From the human T2T-CHM13v2.0 reference genome, Homo sapiens, in NCBI RefSeq assembly GCF_009914755.1, contig NC_060927.1: DNA of 64,000 nucleotides; one strand, given 5' to 3'. A program made the position numbers and the translations under genes. Shown here in pieces: positions 38,778 to 53,149 of the stretch (the first letter of the stretch is position 1; each line of letters begins with the position of its first letter). The notes beneath the pieces were generated by a model that was given only the letters and a program-made list of their open reading frames with translations, was not told where the DNA came from and did not search any database.

Positions 38778-41570
38778 GAACCTACAGAATGGCCTTACAT
38801 TTCCGGGTTATCCTTTAGTTTTACCCAGTTATGAGAATGCCTAGTTTAGAGGTAATTTAATATTTGAAAGGTCTTCTAATTCAAAGGTCAAGAGCAACAA
38901 CTGATAGTATTAAACATGCCATAGGAGGATATAACATTTGTTTACTCTGAAGGACAGTATAAATCTACATACTACAGAATATGGCAAGTCAATAAATTAG
39001 AGTGTTATCTTTTTATTAACTTTAACAAATTAACAGTCACGTTTATCCAAAATTTGTTCCTGAAATTAATAGTAAAGATACAAATTAAAAGATACAGACC
39101 CTAATAAAACAGTTAGTATATGCAGCATTTGCTTCATGAGAAGTGAGATGAGAGACACTTTTTACTTAATGAAAGTGAAGAATTTAAATACAAAAGTAAT
39201 GATCTAATCTATGTGATACAATGATATATGAACATATTTTTCTTATATATTTAGAATTTATTTTTATTATTTTCCAAAATGTGCGAATAGAAATATGTTG
39301 ATCTAATTACCAAACAGTGTAAGTCTTCCATCAGTTATTTTTTTAAAAAAGGCAGCACATCAAACCTAATGGATACTAAGAGAATAATAATTTTGAGCTT
39401 GGGAATCAAGATTTAAAAACAAGCAATGAAGTTTCATAAAATTGCTTTAGCACATGATGGTATCCCACTCATCTACTGATTTTATGAGGGCCTCTTTAGT
39501 AATTTGTTACATTACTGTGGTGGCAAATTTATTTTTTTAAATCTCATTAAAAGTTTAAAACATTATTTTTGATTTTTTAAAAAGTACCACATATGGAATT
39601 TACTTCTAGGCTTCTGCAGAAAATAATAGTCACTGATGATCAAAGCTGGGAATTCTCACCAGTGCACTGAGGTACATGAACACTTGAACCCCAGATTAGA
39701 GGTGTGCTCCAAGATGGGTGTAAAACATGTATAGTAAGATGGTATTTAAAATGTATTATTGACTTTTAAACAGTTGAAAGTCTACTAAAAGAGTCCTTAG
39801 ATGACTCCTCTCTATGATTGTTATGAATTGAGTAATTAATTTTGTTATCTGCAGGACTTGTGTCCAGGCCTATAAGAAGAGTTTCTCTGACTCTCTGCTG
39901 AGTAGAACCACTTAATCTGATTTCATTATTGTCAAGATTTTTATATCACCAGAGAAATTCTTTATCATTAGAATGCATGTAAGTATTTAGAATTGTTATT
40001 AAAACTTTTTAAAAAGATTTTTCTAAGCTAGTATCATCTATGATTGCTATTTTTATTACCTGGAATTAGATATTTCTATGTAAAGAACAAAATTGGTTTT
40101 ATCGAATAGTTAATTTCAAGCATTTATTAATCATTGGCTATTGATGTCAACATTTATAAAATTTTTAATACATTAATATTTGTTTTCAAAAGTAAATAAT
40201 ATTTCTTAAATCGAAAACATAATTTATTGCAGTGCACTATGCACTAGTGATTTATTAAGGTACTATGGGTACCAAGAGTTTCAAAAATATGTTTTGCATT
40301 ATGTTTTCATCCTATAAGGTAATACTATTGAAATCTGTATTTTTTGCCAAATTTTAATATTAAAATAAGTGAGAAGTAATATTTAGCTCTTCTCATTTTG
40401 CTTATCACATAGTATTTTCAAAATGTGTGATTAAATAAAATTGGTTATTTTATATAAATAAAAACTATTATAAATACAAATTATTATATATTTGTAAAAA
40501 TAAGAATGTTCTGGTCATGAAGGTTGGCAGTTATTACATATTTTAAGTGTATTTAAATACAATATTTTGATATTCCCTTCCACATCATAGTCAACAGTTT
40601 TAAAATAAAATCAACAATTATCAATTCAGAGAAAGAACATGTCAAAATACATAATTTAAATCAATAAATAAGCAGCATGAAGATCATCACAATTATGCAT
40701 TACTATATTCTGAAAATTCATCTCTTCTTCTGCCTAAATGTCTTCTTTCTATAGAAAGAAATAATAAAAATAAATCACATAGCTAGCTACAAATATTCTA
40801 TGCAGATGCAACTAAAGTATCAGATTCAGCTCCGGTAAACAGCCAAAGTTGAACAATTAATAGCCCCAACAAAATAGTTTAATTTTTGTTTCCTTATATT
40901 GGAAATGGTCACTGTCATGTTTGAGAGCAACAAATCAAAGGAAATAGAAAAGGTGCCATTTTCACATGACAGTATTAGTGAACATTACTGGTTATGCGTT
41001 CATGAGGGTGTCAACATTATCTTGAAGTTTATTAAATTTATATTATTTTCCTTGCAGATTGATAAATCTACAGTTATTTATATATTGTCCTCAATAAGTA
41101 TTAATAGATTTATTGAAGAAAGGGGCTGAGGAGAATATTGTGCATTCTCTATATAATTTCTTAAAGAGGTTACTGTGAATAAATTATGTATAATGATATA
41201 TCAACAATTTGAATGTGAATGAAATATTAAAAAATTACATAAACATATATGTATGTGTGTTGTAAAAGTAAGCTTCAATGACAGGATAACATAAAAAGGG
41301 AAAGGAGTTCTCTTATATACAAGCTGGCTTCTAGGTTTGATTTCCATATTAAATGCTTCCAAAGTGACATAATCAACCATGTGTGTGTCAACATCATCAA
41401 AACAAGAGTGCTCCTTAACAAATTGCTTTTATAAAACACGATAATGGGTTGATGACCAAAAGTAGAATTTTATCAAAAAGTTATGAGTCAAAAAACTGAA
41501 AAAAATTGAATTTTTTTCTATTTGCAATTTGTTTGAATGATACTAATCACTAAAATATACCGTTTTGACT

Positions 41571-41604
41571 GAAATTTAATTGTATTGATGGAAATTTAAT
41601 TGTA
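41571..41604. repeat. Short tandem duplication, 20-bp period
   Basis: gaaatttaattgta at 41571 and 41591. Confidence 0.7.
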
Positions 41605-42619
41605 ATGAAAAGTTCAATAACTGCTTAAAATATATGTTAATATTTACTGACAAAAATCAAACCTTATTTCAGAAATAAGGTTAACAATAATTTTTGTTGT
41701 TGTTTTATCAGTTATACTTTGATTTTTCTTCCATTTGCTGCTTAAAATTTACATTTGAAAAATTTATTATTGAACTACATAATCAAGATTTTGAAGACAG
41801 CATTTCGAGCATAAAATATGAAATAAAACATTTTTGATCTGTGAAGGTATACAAATATACTTCTTTATAAAATAAAATATTATTTTGAAAATTGTATACT
41901 GACTTAGTATTTAACATCTTCTCTAAAAACGTGTGCTTCACTTTTCTTTACCTCTTTATATAATTCCAAGAAAAAAATGTTTCTTTCATTAAAGAAACAT
42001 ATTTGTACATATAGATGCTTCAAAATCTTCACTAGTTTACCCCATGTGCGTACACATACTGACATTTTCTACTTTTGCTATTCCATGTATAAGTTTGGAA
42101 AGCATTGTTCTAGATGAAAAAAAATAAATCAATAGATGAATGGACGTCTGGATGGGATTAAAAATATTACTTGGAGGAAAAAAGGTTAAACATTTCTATG
42201 TTTAATTCAATAATTTCAGTTTACTATTGTAACTTTTTTTCTTGAAGTAAAATTAGTAGTTACAATGGTAAATATAGGTAAGTTCCTTCAATCTTTATTG
42301 GTTAAACGAATTATTATGCCTAAGTATATCTTTCACATGTGTGACTAAGAAACAGGAGTACTGATTACCGATGATCCTGTTGAATTTTTACTTGGCAAGT
42401 AAGTTTAATTTTTAAAATAAATTTATTTGAATGTTTATATATTATATCTCTCAAGTTTTCCTCCAAGATTCAACTAATCTAATAAAATTGCTGTTGGTTT
42501 TGGTTTGTTTGCTTTCTTTTATTCAATATTTTAGTTAGATAGTAGGGAGGAATTGAAGGGAGAAATTTTTAATCTAAACTTAGTCCCTTCTAATTAGCTA
42601 CATCATCGATAGATTGGAA

Positions 42620-42850
42620 GGAGAGTGTGGTTTAAAGAATAGGGCATTATTTCTGAAGATAGACTCCTTGGCTTCTTTAAATCCTTGGCTCTACTATTTA
42701 CTTGGCTACCTGAGTTAATTCACTTATCTGAAATTATAGTTATTTCAATTCTCACTTAAAAAAATCAATTAAATGATGAATTGACATCTGAAAGTTCTTA
42801 GACCATAAGTGGGCACTTGTAAAGCACTGTGAAACTGCTAGATATTTTTA
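42620..42850 (+). mobile_element. MIR relic
   Basis: gtggtttaaagaatagggc...aaatccttggctctactatttact...aattaaatga...gttcttagacca...ggcacttgtaaagcact. Confidence 0.6.
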
Positions 42851-43314
42851 TTATGTACACACTGGATAAAATTGTTTTTGCTCAACACACAGGTTTGGCC
42901 TAGACTAGACTCTCGATATTTCATTGAATTTCTCCATCATCAGTGTTATACAGTGTTATATTCTTTTTCTCTTGTTGTGTTCAAGACTTCTACTGTACCT
43001 GGACTGAACTCTATATCAAAAAAATGATAAAGAATGTACATATAATAATTGATCCAGGACTGTGGCATTAGAAAAGTGTGTACAGAAAGAAGAAAAAATG
43101 TGTCCTCCCTTGACAATAATTATTTTATGACAGCATAAAATCATACAGCATTACATATAATGTTTGCACCTTGAAAAGTTTATCATCTGCACAACCCCAT
43201 TTCTAGTAATCTCAGGTATCATTTACATCAGAAATTATGCTCCCATTTGCCAGTTTTAATTTTTCTTTGAGTTGAATTTTTGAACTTGATAGAATAACTG
43301 AGCTAGCTAGTCTT

Positions 43315-44085
43315 CTTTTTTTAATTAATTAATTTATTTATTTTATTTTATTATTATTATACTTTAAGTTTTAGGGTACATGTGCACAATGTGCAGGTTA
43401 GTTTCGTATGTATACATGTGCCATGCTGGTGTGCTGCACCCATTAACTCCTCATTTAGCATTAGTTATATCTCCTAATGCTAACTCTCCAACCTACCCCT
43501 ACCCCACAACAGTCCCCAGAGTGTGATATTCCCCTTCCTGTGTCCATGTGTTCTCATTGTTAAATTCCCACCTATGAGTGAGAATATGTGGTGTTTGGTT
43601 TTTTGTCCTTGCAATAGTTTACTGAGAATGATGATTTCCAATTTCATCCATGTCCCTACAAAGGACATGAACTCATCGTTTTTTATGGCTGCATAGTATT
43701 CCATGGTGTATATGTGCCACATTTTCTTAATCTAGTCTATCATTGTTGGACATTTGGGTTGGTTCCAAGTCTTTGCTATTGTGAATAGTGCCACCATAAA
43801 CATAGGTGTGCATGTGTCTTTATAGCAGCATGATTTATAGTCCTTTGGGTATATACCCAGTAATGGGATGGCTGGGTCAAATGGTATTTCTAGTTCTAGA
43901 TCCCTGAGGAATCGCCACACTGACTTCCACAATAGTTGAGCTAGTTTACAGTCCCACCAACAGTGTAAAAGTGTTCCTATTTCTCCACATCCTCTCCAGC
44001 ACCTGTTGTTTCCTGACTTTTTAATGATTGCCATTCTAACTGGTGTGAGATGGTATCCCACTGTGGTTTTGATTTGCATTTCTCT
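43315..44085 (-). mobile_element. 5'-truncated L1PA2/L1PA3-like LINE-1 (~770 bp)
   Basis: ttattatactttaagttttagggtacatgtgcacaatgtgcagg young-L1 3' end; TSD ctagtctt at 43307-43314 and 44084-44091. Confidence 0.95.
43559..44079 (-). pseudogene. L1 ORF2p C-terminal (Cys-rich domain) remnant, disrupted
   Basis: Translation ...[21 protein letters not shown]...[13 protein letters not shown] then ...MWHIYTMEYYAAIK...FSLIGGN is the canonical ORF2p end; premature stop where the consensus has Trp. Confidence 0.9.
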
Positions 44086-45009
44086 AGTCTTTTATCATGC
44101 GTTTGCTTTGGAAATGATTAGCAGAAAAAATTGAGATGGTTAATTTCACTGATGGCTGGCAGTGAACTCTAAAACTTATATGTCATGAAACCTAAGGAAA
44201 TCTTTCATTCTGACCATGAAATGCCAATTAATTGCTTAATTAAATTTAGTAACTTTAAAACTTAAATGTTATTCATAGATCTGTGGAAGGGAGCTTTCAC
44301 ATAATATTAATATGTTGTCCCTGAATAGTTTGTATTTTAAGGGTTTTATCTCCAAATATTCAAAGCATTAACAATCAGCATTAAAAATTTTTGTTTTCAT
44401 AAGAGATTGATATTAAATTAATAGAAAACAAGACACATTTCCTTGGTAAGAGGTTAGCTGGTAAATGAGAAATTCAAAATTTCATTTGGAATAGAAACAC
44501 AGATTTCAGATGAACTTAATTAAAATTTGAGTGATAGAGAAAAATCATATACAGTCATTGAGAAAATAGAAACTCTGCTCTTCAACAATGAAAAATAATT
44601 CATTTTATTAGATAATAATTTAAACCTTAAAATTTGTGGTTGCTTCCATTTTCCTTTAACAAGACTTGGATAAAGAATTCAAATACATTCCAGAGAAGAA
44701 GTGTAAGATGACTAAGTTTTAGGAATACTTATGTCCAAAGATGAAACATGTCTAAGCTATTCCAAGTGGGAAGATAACTCCTCAGAGTGATTTAATTATG
44801 CTTTTCAAGTTTGATCGAAGTTTTTTTCTGTCTTCTTAAGGAAGGCCAAAGTCGAGTTTGGCCTACAGTGAAGTTCCCGTGATTAACTTTGGAAAGATAC
44901 TGTGTTTATAAAATCAATTGTCACTGAGCTACTGATATTATGCTCTCCTTTGCTGATACTATTAAAAGTTGTATAATATTTCATGACTATGTTGTGGTTC
45001 ATTGAATTA

Positions 45010-45590
45010 TACAGTAATGTTTTAGCATACATATTATAAGACACCAGGCACTGAAACTATGAAGATAAAGAAGGTATAGCTTGTGTTTAAGGAGCTAACA
45101 GCCTAGAAGAGAGACATTTATGTGAAAAATTGTAACATAATGTGATAAAAAGAATTGAAATAGATATGTGCCTAAAATGTTAAGAATGCACAGACAAGCC
45201 ATCTAATTAGGTTGAGGGGAAAGTCAAAGAATTCACTGTATAGTGTTAGATTGACTTTAAAGTTGTATCATAAAGCTTGAGAAAACTCAAGCCAGGCAAA
45301 GAGTAAGTGAAAAATACTGCAGTGAAAGGTAAAAAGAGGCATATTGCTTTCCAGTATTATAACCTCTATCTTCCACTGTGACTAACATAGGGTGGAGGGA
45401 TGAGACTGATTAGAGTTTAAGCTAAAGTAACAAATAATAATAATAAAGGCCTTCTAGTGACGTGTTAATAAATGTGGTTATTGCCCTGGGGGTTATAAGC
45501 AGGCAATAAGGGATTCTAAACTGTAAAGAGAGAATTTCAACTTTGTGTTTTAGGAAAGAAAAATCAAATTATTTTGAGAATGGATCAATA
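45010..45590 (-). mobile_element. L2 relic
   Basis: caccaggcactg...aaggagctaacagcctag...agagacat; ggattctaaac...tgtgttttaggaaag. Confidence 0.6.
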
Positions 45591-46479
45591 CTCCAAAATT
45601 GGTACATATATCTATTCTCCCTCCAATCTCTAATTCTTTGGGAAAAAAAGTATTTCAAAATAAATACATTTATTGCATTGCTAGAAAATAACAAAATGTC
45701 ACCAAAAATATAGTTTTGAGCAGTTACTGAAAGACAGAAGGCTGATTGGAATGAACAGCTTTATGTGCAAATAAAACTATAAGAAACTACAGAGAAGGGT
45801 GACTGTAGGTAACCATGATGATGTTCCAAGCTGAGAATCAACTTATGGGAAGAGCTGAAGAGAGTCTTGGATCACATTTAATAATTATTAATTGAGAAGA
45901 CCATCAAGATTAGATGATGCTCTTTCTTTTCTCCCTGTTCATTAAATATAGCAGGCAATATTAGTATTTTAATCCAATTGTTGTGAGCTGTGAGAGGAAT
46001 ACAAATTATGGAGAGGCAGGTTGTTTCTGCCATCCAAAAACTTAATCTCAGGAAACTAATAGCATTTCCCAACATTCAATACACTCTTTTTTTTTTTTTT
46101 TTCTGCATGGTGAGGAAAGGCTATTTAAAGTAATTACAACAAAGAAAAACTAAAAGAAAATCTCAAATACAAATGAACACAGGCTAATTAATCCTCTAAT
46201 ATTTAGATGGAAAGCAAAACAGCAAAAGAGAGGCACAAAACAGTCTGCAAGGATAAAAGACAGTTTGAAACACTGCCCAACGTGTCTTCTATTCATACTC
46301 TTTGTTGTTGTTAATTATTACTGTTTTGCCCTGTACTTCTCAACCTATTAAGCCATTAAAGATAAGGCATATATTACTTAAACTGAGAAAATAAAACAAG
46401 ACAAAAACCCAGGATGATTTCAAAAATTAAGTCTTGAGTTTCAGTGGGGAAGAAAAAAACCAATGTATTCCAATGCAAG

Positions 46480-46600
46480 AATTATCATGCAAGTAATAAG
46501 CATAGTACCCAAGAGGTAGTTTTTTAATCTTCCTCCTCCTTCCACCTCCACCATCAAGTAGGCCCCGGTGGCTATTGTTTTCTTATTTGTATCCATGTAA
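46480..46600 (-). mobile_element. Short L1PA15-17/L1PB 3' UTR fragment
   Basis: gtaataagcatagtacccaagaggtagttttt...caagtaggcccc...tgtatccatgt. Confidence 0.7.
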
Positions 46601-46804
46601 TAAAAGTTGAAAAAAAAAGCATGAATGCACAAATTAGAGAATTCAGAAAGCATGTTTACTCATGGAGTAGTCACGTTGGATATATCATGGAGGAAATTCC
46701 TGTCATTTATGAAGGAAAAAATGTTGTTATTTTGCTTGGATGGGAATGAGAGAACCTGGAAAAATATAGAAGTTTTGAAGATGCAATGCACTAATATATA
46801 TACA

Positions 46805-47077
46805 TAGAGAGATGCCAGATAGATAGATTAGATAGATAGATAGCGATAGATAGATAGACAGATGATAGAGACAGGTAGGTAGGTAGGTAGATAGACAAAT
46901 AGATGATAGAGATCGATTGATAGTAGATAGATAGATAGATGGATAGATAGATGATAGATAGATGATAGAGATAGGTAGATAGGTAGATAGACGATAGAGA
47001 TGAATAGGTAGGTAGGTAGATGATAGATAGATAGATGATAGAGAGAGAGAGAGAGAGAGATAGATAGATAGATAGAC

Positions 47078-47137
<60 letters not shown>

Positions 47138-47149
47138 GATAGATAGATA
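46805..47149. repeat. Long compound (GATA)n/(GGTA)n/(GA)n tetranucleotide STR
   Basis: ~340 bp; includes a perfect (GATA)14 at 47079-47134. Confidence 0.97.
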
Positions 47150-47619
47150 ATTCAGAAAGAGGATGTAGGCATCTGACCCTCTAGGATCTTGTTCACAGGA
47201 AAAGGAAATTTAAGTTATAAGGATATAGAAACCTGATCTATTTTGATGAAGAACTTAAAACTTGAAGGAGACTCTGCTTAGTGGCCCACTTTGACTGTGG
47301 GAACCAAATGCTTACCAGGTACTCCTACAGAAACAGGAGGCAGACCAAGAAGAGCAGACATAGTGGTATGCTTGGTTCAGAAGAGAGAGGCCAAGATAGC
47401 ACTTCCTGTCCTCCAAGGCATGCATGAAATCTGGGAAGCTGCATTTCTGCATGCCTAAATCACAGTATATAAATATTATATCTGCTCCTCAGACTTAAAT
47501 TTATTATATCCAATAAGTTCTTTGACAAATAAGTGTGATAGTATATTTTAAGAGTAGTTCTATGGTTTCAAACTGTCAAAATGCCTGAGGAATTTCACCC
47601 CAACGCTTAACAATTTATT

Positions 47620-47752
47620 AAGAAAATAATTGGCTAAACTCTCTTATTGTCAGTATTTCCTTAACAATAATTATAGTACTTGCCTAATTAGGTTATTAAA
47701 TATGAATAGAAATTTATACATATATGTGTGTGTGTGTGTGTGTATGTGCCTG

Positions 47753-47794
<42 letters not shown>

Positions 47795-47852
47795 GTGCTT
47801 TAAGTGGTCCTTGGAACACTGTAAATGCACTCAACAAAAATAGCTATCATTG
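47620..47852 (+). mobile_element. MIR relic interrupted by a (TG)n tract
   Basis: atagtacttgcctaattaggttatt before the repeat; gtgctttaagtggtccttggaacac...gcactcaacaaaaatagctatcatt after it. Confidence 0.55.
47724..47791. repeat. (TG)n microsatellite, imperfect
   Basis: Read directly from the sequence. Confidence 0.95.
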
Positions 47853-47924
47853 CTTAGAATGTGCCAGAAACTATGTGTAGGGCAAAGATGAAATTGGCGT
47901 ATAAAACCACAGTCTCTGCATTTC

Positions 47925-48586
47925 ATTTCTACTGCAAACTTCTTTTTCCAAGACATCAACTTCTTCCCCCTTTTTTTTTTTTACTAAAACAGCTTGCTAA
48001 ATGGTCTCCTTGATTCTAGCAAGCTACACTTACTGCTTTAAAATCCATTCTTTATGCAAAAAGGTGACGTATTTAAAATGTATGTTAGATCATGTTACCC
48101 ACATGTGCCAAGCACTCCAATGACCTCGCATTGCATTTATAAGATGTATCCAAACTGCTTGCCTTCTGCATAGGGCAGTACTTGAGCTGGTACTCCCCAC
48201 TCATCTGACCTCGTTTCCTGCTCTACCACTCTTACCTACTATATGCTAGCTTTACTTGTTTCCTTGCTATTCCTCACACACTCCAAGCCTACTCATGATT
48301 CAGTACCTCTGAACTCACATCACTGATTAGCTGTTTCTTTCCATTACAGAGTTCTCAGCTCACATCCCTACTCACATAATCTAAAAATACTCCCTTGTTT
48401 TACTAATCTTTTTGTCTTTGACACACTTTTTAATGAAGGTATTTGTTTTCTGGTTTCATCATGTGTACTATATCTCAAATTTAAGTCCATGAGAGCAAGG
48501 AAATTTTCTCTCTTGTCCACTGCTCCACTTTTAGCGTAGAGCATGACACATAGTAGTTGCTAACTACACAATGGCAGAATGAATGG
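47925..48586 (+). mobile_element. L2a-like 3' end
   Basis: ctaaatggtctcc...gatcatgttac...taagtccatgagagcaagg...gacacatagtag...gaatgaatg. Confidence 0.75.
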
Positions 48587-49047
48587 AGTTGAAATTAGCA
48601 CAGCATGAATTGTTCTTCAGGAGTTAAGGCAAATGGAGACTACTGTCTGAAGAAAACACAGAAAGAAGACATTACATAGAGAAAGAAGGAGGATTCAGAT
48701 AGTAAAAATATATTTTTAACTAGAAAAACAAAATGATTTGTAAGACTTCTACAAGATCTCTTTATCATCTGTAAGTGAAATATGCACTGTTTTATTTGTT
48801 AATAAAATGAATCTGGCAAACATTTCTTGAGTATCTACTACTTGCCAAGGATGTTCAAGTGATAATGTTTGTCAAATGGTAATTTGGAATATACTATGAA
48901 AAATTATAATATAATAATTATTCATATACAGATTGGAACACAGTAAAGCAAATCTTATATTAGTCTGAGAAAGTACATGTCAGTGATGGAGAATATTATA
49001 TCTGAGAAAAGATGTGTGGATGATGGAGAAGATAGGATGGTCTAGCC

Positions 49048-49275
49048 CAGCACTGCCAATAGAATTCAGAAGAGTCACATATGGAATTTTAAATTTTCTA
49101 GTAAACATATTAAAAAGAGTAAAAAGTAAACGATGAGAACAATTTTTTTTATTTTGTACTAAGTCTTAGAAGTCCAGTGTGTATTTTACAATCATAGTAC
49201 ATCTCAATTTTGGCTAGACATGTTTTGAGTGCTCATTAGATACATGAGCCTAGCGGTTATCATATTGCATAAGTA
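49048..49275. mobile_element. MER33-like hAT-Charlie element, internally deleted
   Basis: cagcactgccaatagaa...ttttaaattttctagta...attaaaaagagtaaaaag...cagtgtgtattttaca...catctcaatt...gtgctcattag. Confidence 0.7.
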
Positions 49276-49599
49276 TGAACAGAAGTGATAGTATGTATTC
49301 CTTCTATCACATGACTGGCTTACTTTCCCAAGCATGGAACTCCATTCAGTTTCTATTGAATAGCAGTTCCTCAAAGCTATGTTTTGTATGTATAGATGAA
49401 TAAGAAAACAAATGAAGTGAACAAAGTGAATCAACAATGAAATATAAGATCATAGGATGTCAAGAAATAGCAAATCAATTGGTGTGTTTCCATTAACTAT
49501 GAATGGTGAGACAAGAGGCATGAAGGATAGATATATTAGGAAAAAATAGAGAAAATGTATTACAAACAAAATATATAAATATATGTATACACATATATA

Positions 49600-49715
49600 T
49601 CCACAGATATGAAAGAGAGAGAGAGGTTTAGGGAACTGTATCACACAAGTGAAAACTGGCAAGTCAAACATCTTCAGGGTAGACTAGCAGGCTGGAGAGT
49701 GATATTACTTGTGAC
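49600..49715 (-). mobile_element. MLT2-like LTR fragment
   Basis: ggaactgtatcacaca...ctggcaagtc...cagggtagactagcaggctggaga. Confidence 0.5.
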
Positions 49716-50195
49716 ATGGAGAATATTTGGTAGAATGAGAATTGAGTCCTCCTCAGTAACTCGTTTACCAAAACCAAGCATAAAAATTGAAGGTATTATA
49801 TAAGTTTACATTGCAGGTTATTGATATTATATAGTCTGTGTAGTTTGGTGTTTTTAAATTACAAATGGAGCAATTGTGATGCATGGAAAACTCTATAATC
49901 AAAATAATTGAGGCAGCATCTGTATACTATCAAGTACACAAAAGGATTATTAAATATTAGGATTGTATTAATTTGGATTCTGTAATATATTCACCCCTTT
50001 CAATGTTAAGGATATGTTTTAAAATTATATTATACATGATTTTCTTTATTTTATTCTGACAAGGCCTTGTCTTTTTGCCTAATACAAATCAAACCACTTG
50101 GAACATCCATATTTCCACCAATCCATTTGCAGTTTCCAGAGAGAAGTTGTGGCAGAATTCACATTCCATTAGCCAATTTTAAAAATAGGTTTATT

Positions 50196-50465
50196 GGCCA
50201 GGGGCAGTGACTCACGTCTGTAATCCCAACACTTTGGGAGACTAAGGCGGGTGGAAACCTTGAGTCCAGTTGTTCAAGACCAGCCTGGCAACATGGCAAA
50301 ACCCTGTCTCTACAAAAAAAAAAAAAAAAAGCTATACATGGTGGAACACGCCTGTGGTCCCAGCTACTCATAAGTCTGAAGTGTAAGGATAGCTGGAGCG
50401 TGGGAGTAAGAGGCTGCTGTGAGCTGAGATCGCTCTATTGCACTCCAACATGGACTACAGAAAAA
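50196..50465 (+). mobile_element. AluJ (Jb-like), 3' end eroded
   Basis: ggccaggggcagtgactcacg...cttgagtccag...ggcaacatggcaaaaccc...gaggctgctgtgagctgagatcg. Confidence 0.9.
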
Positions 50466-51825
50466 ATGGTTAAAAAAATTTTTATTAATTGAACTGTAGG
50501 GATTCCGTCTAGCTTGTAAGATAATTTAAGGAGCACGAGGTTGGTAATGTAATGATTTATTTCTTCCTCACAAATTAAATAGTATTAACAAATTTTTAGT
50601 TTGAAAAATGTGCCAACAAATAAAGTTCTAATAAAACATTAACAATTAGTGTTTAAAAATTAAATTCAAACACAGGTAAAACAAATATTTTTTCCACTTG
50701 AGTTAATAACAAAAATTAAATCCCTCCAGAATTTATAGAAACATTGAAATAATGGCTCACAGTATATTAACTATACCCTGGGATTAATTTAGGCACTTTT
50801 AGAAAATATATTAATTTTTTAAGCCTCTAGCGTACCATTTGGTAAATTACTGCTTTAGTGTATTAAATGGTACCTAAATCATTATAGCACTAACTTGCTT
50901 CTTATGTTAACCCTGAACTTTTCAACTATTAAAGATAAATGTAGCCTAGGGTATTTTATGTTGGCATATCAAAGGAGAGGCTAATGATGGGCAGAGGTTG
51001 ATGGATCCCTGAGAGTCAGGCAGGCCTTCTTTTTCATGATAACTCAGTCAGGGTATACTGCCAAGCCTCTACAGATGAGATTAGAGACATTTGCTTCACT
51101 GTCACATAAAAAAGATTTTCCTCCTACCCTATTATGTGCCCGAAGCATTCTATAAATGTGCAATCTACTACCAGCACATTTTCTACAAAGTAATAATTTC
51201 TATAAGTTTTCATCATTTTTATTCAAAATATTTTGTTTATTTTCTGTAATTATATTAATTATAGCATTTATATATAAATACGTTCTGTACAATAAATATT
51301 TTTTAAGTTATAGACCAAATAAGAACAACATTGAACAACTCTGCATACCAGTTCCCACCACCCTTTCTAAACATAATCACGGTTGTCCATTTAGTTCATA
51401 TTCATCCAAAGCATGCCCTGTACCATCAAATGCGTATGCCTGCGTGCATAGCAAATGCATATCATACGCATATATATCTTAGAAGACATTGTATTATCGA
51501 TACATGTGATGTGAGTTTATAAAAATCTCTGTATTTCCCCTTCACACAACAAAATGACCTATTTAGATATTCTATTCAATCTTTTTTACCTAAGTGAAAG
51601 GTTGCATAATGATAAACTATAATTTGTTTTTTCCTTACCTTATAGATGAACATTTGGATCAATTGAAATCTATGATGAAGCTTAAAAAAAAAAAAGGTAT
51701 TATCTCACATGGCAAGATATGTGACGGGTATGTGTTTTCCAGCATAAGTAAACCAGGAGCACTGTTATATCATCAAATTCCCAAGTTACCATTTATATCT
51801 GTGTTTAGCCAACTTAGCCAACTTC

Positions 51826-52130
<305 letters not shown>

Positions 52131-52229
52131 CCACCTTCGCTGTTCTTAAGGTGTATTTCATCATTGTAAGTTAATGCAATTATGCCTGTCATTACCTCGT
52201 CACCTATCCATATTCACAGGTAGAAAATG

Positions 52230-52569
52230 ACCAGTCACTTCTGTATGATCAGCATTCACATGAAGTGCTATTTTCCTGGAATACCTTCAGTAAACTTACC
52301 TCAGGTCTCACTAGCTATACTGGCATTACTTTCTTATACTGACAGTAATCGCCATCAAGGTGAATGAAATTAATATCATTAACAGACTAATCAACATTTA
52401 TGCCACCCACCCTCCTCTCCTGCTGTGGCTCAGAAGGTGTAGCTCAGAAGGTGCTCATGAACACATGTTCAATACCTAGGGGAAAAAACAGTTTTGTTTT
52501 GTTTTTTTTTATATAGCAAGGGAAATGAGGAAATGGTTATTTGGTAAAAAACTGAAAGTATCTGCCACA
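52230..52569 (-). mobile_element. MLT1K/L-like MaLR LTR relic
   Basis: aaacttacctcaggtctcactagc...caaggtgaatgaaatt...agcaagggaaatgaggaaatggttatttggta...tgccaca. Confidence 0.5.
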
Positions 52570-52754
52570 GTTTTCATTTTCTCTGACTTTGTTTTTCAAA
52601 TGTTATAAATGATGCTTACAAAAATATCATTTTAGAGGTCTTCTAGGCACATATGCAAAAATTTCTATGGAATAAGTGCAAAGAAGTAAAAAGTCGACAC
52701 ATTGATTTTAATAAATACATCCAAATTTCCTATGAGTTTACCTACCTTTTTGCA

Positions 52755-52835
52755 TATGGCAACCATATAATTTATTATTTAAACTAGAATGTTGTTGACA
52801 GTGAAAGAAAGGATTATTTGTAATTATGATTGGGT
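52755..52835. mobile_element. MER94-like hAT fragment
   Basis: ggcaaccatataatttatt...tgacagtgaaag...taattatg. Confidence 0.5.
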
Positions 52836-53149
52836 AGAATTTTGTTATATGAATATATCTGTTTAAGAAATCAATATGACCAAATTCATCATTTTTTCTT
52901 TTTATGTCTTTTTTTTGTATATTTGTTCAAGAAGTCCTTAAATATTCCAGTATATTAAACATATTTTTATGTGTTTATTTCTAACATTGTTATAAATTTT
53001 TCTTTATTTTTCGGGGCCATTTGAGATTAACAATAAATGATTTAATTACAGAAGGCAAGGAGATAACTACTTTTATCAAATGGATAGCCAATTGCCACAA
53101 CATCACTTATTGAATCACTGTTTCTATTTTAAAGGAAGTTTAAGCATGA

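Noticed and set aside
38800-42600. Long repeat-poor AT-rich stretch with isolated splice-like signals (acceptors near 39854 and 41058, donors near 42279 and 42399)
   Set aside because: Signals do not pair into convincing exons or a reading frame; expected by chance
43480-44079. Two ORFs with convincing protein-like sequence
   Set aside because: C-terminal L1 ORF2p remnant in a promoterless, truncated, stop-containing copy
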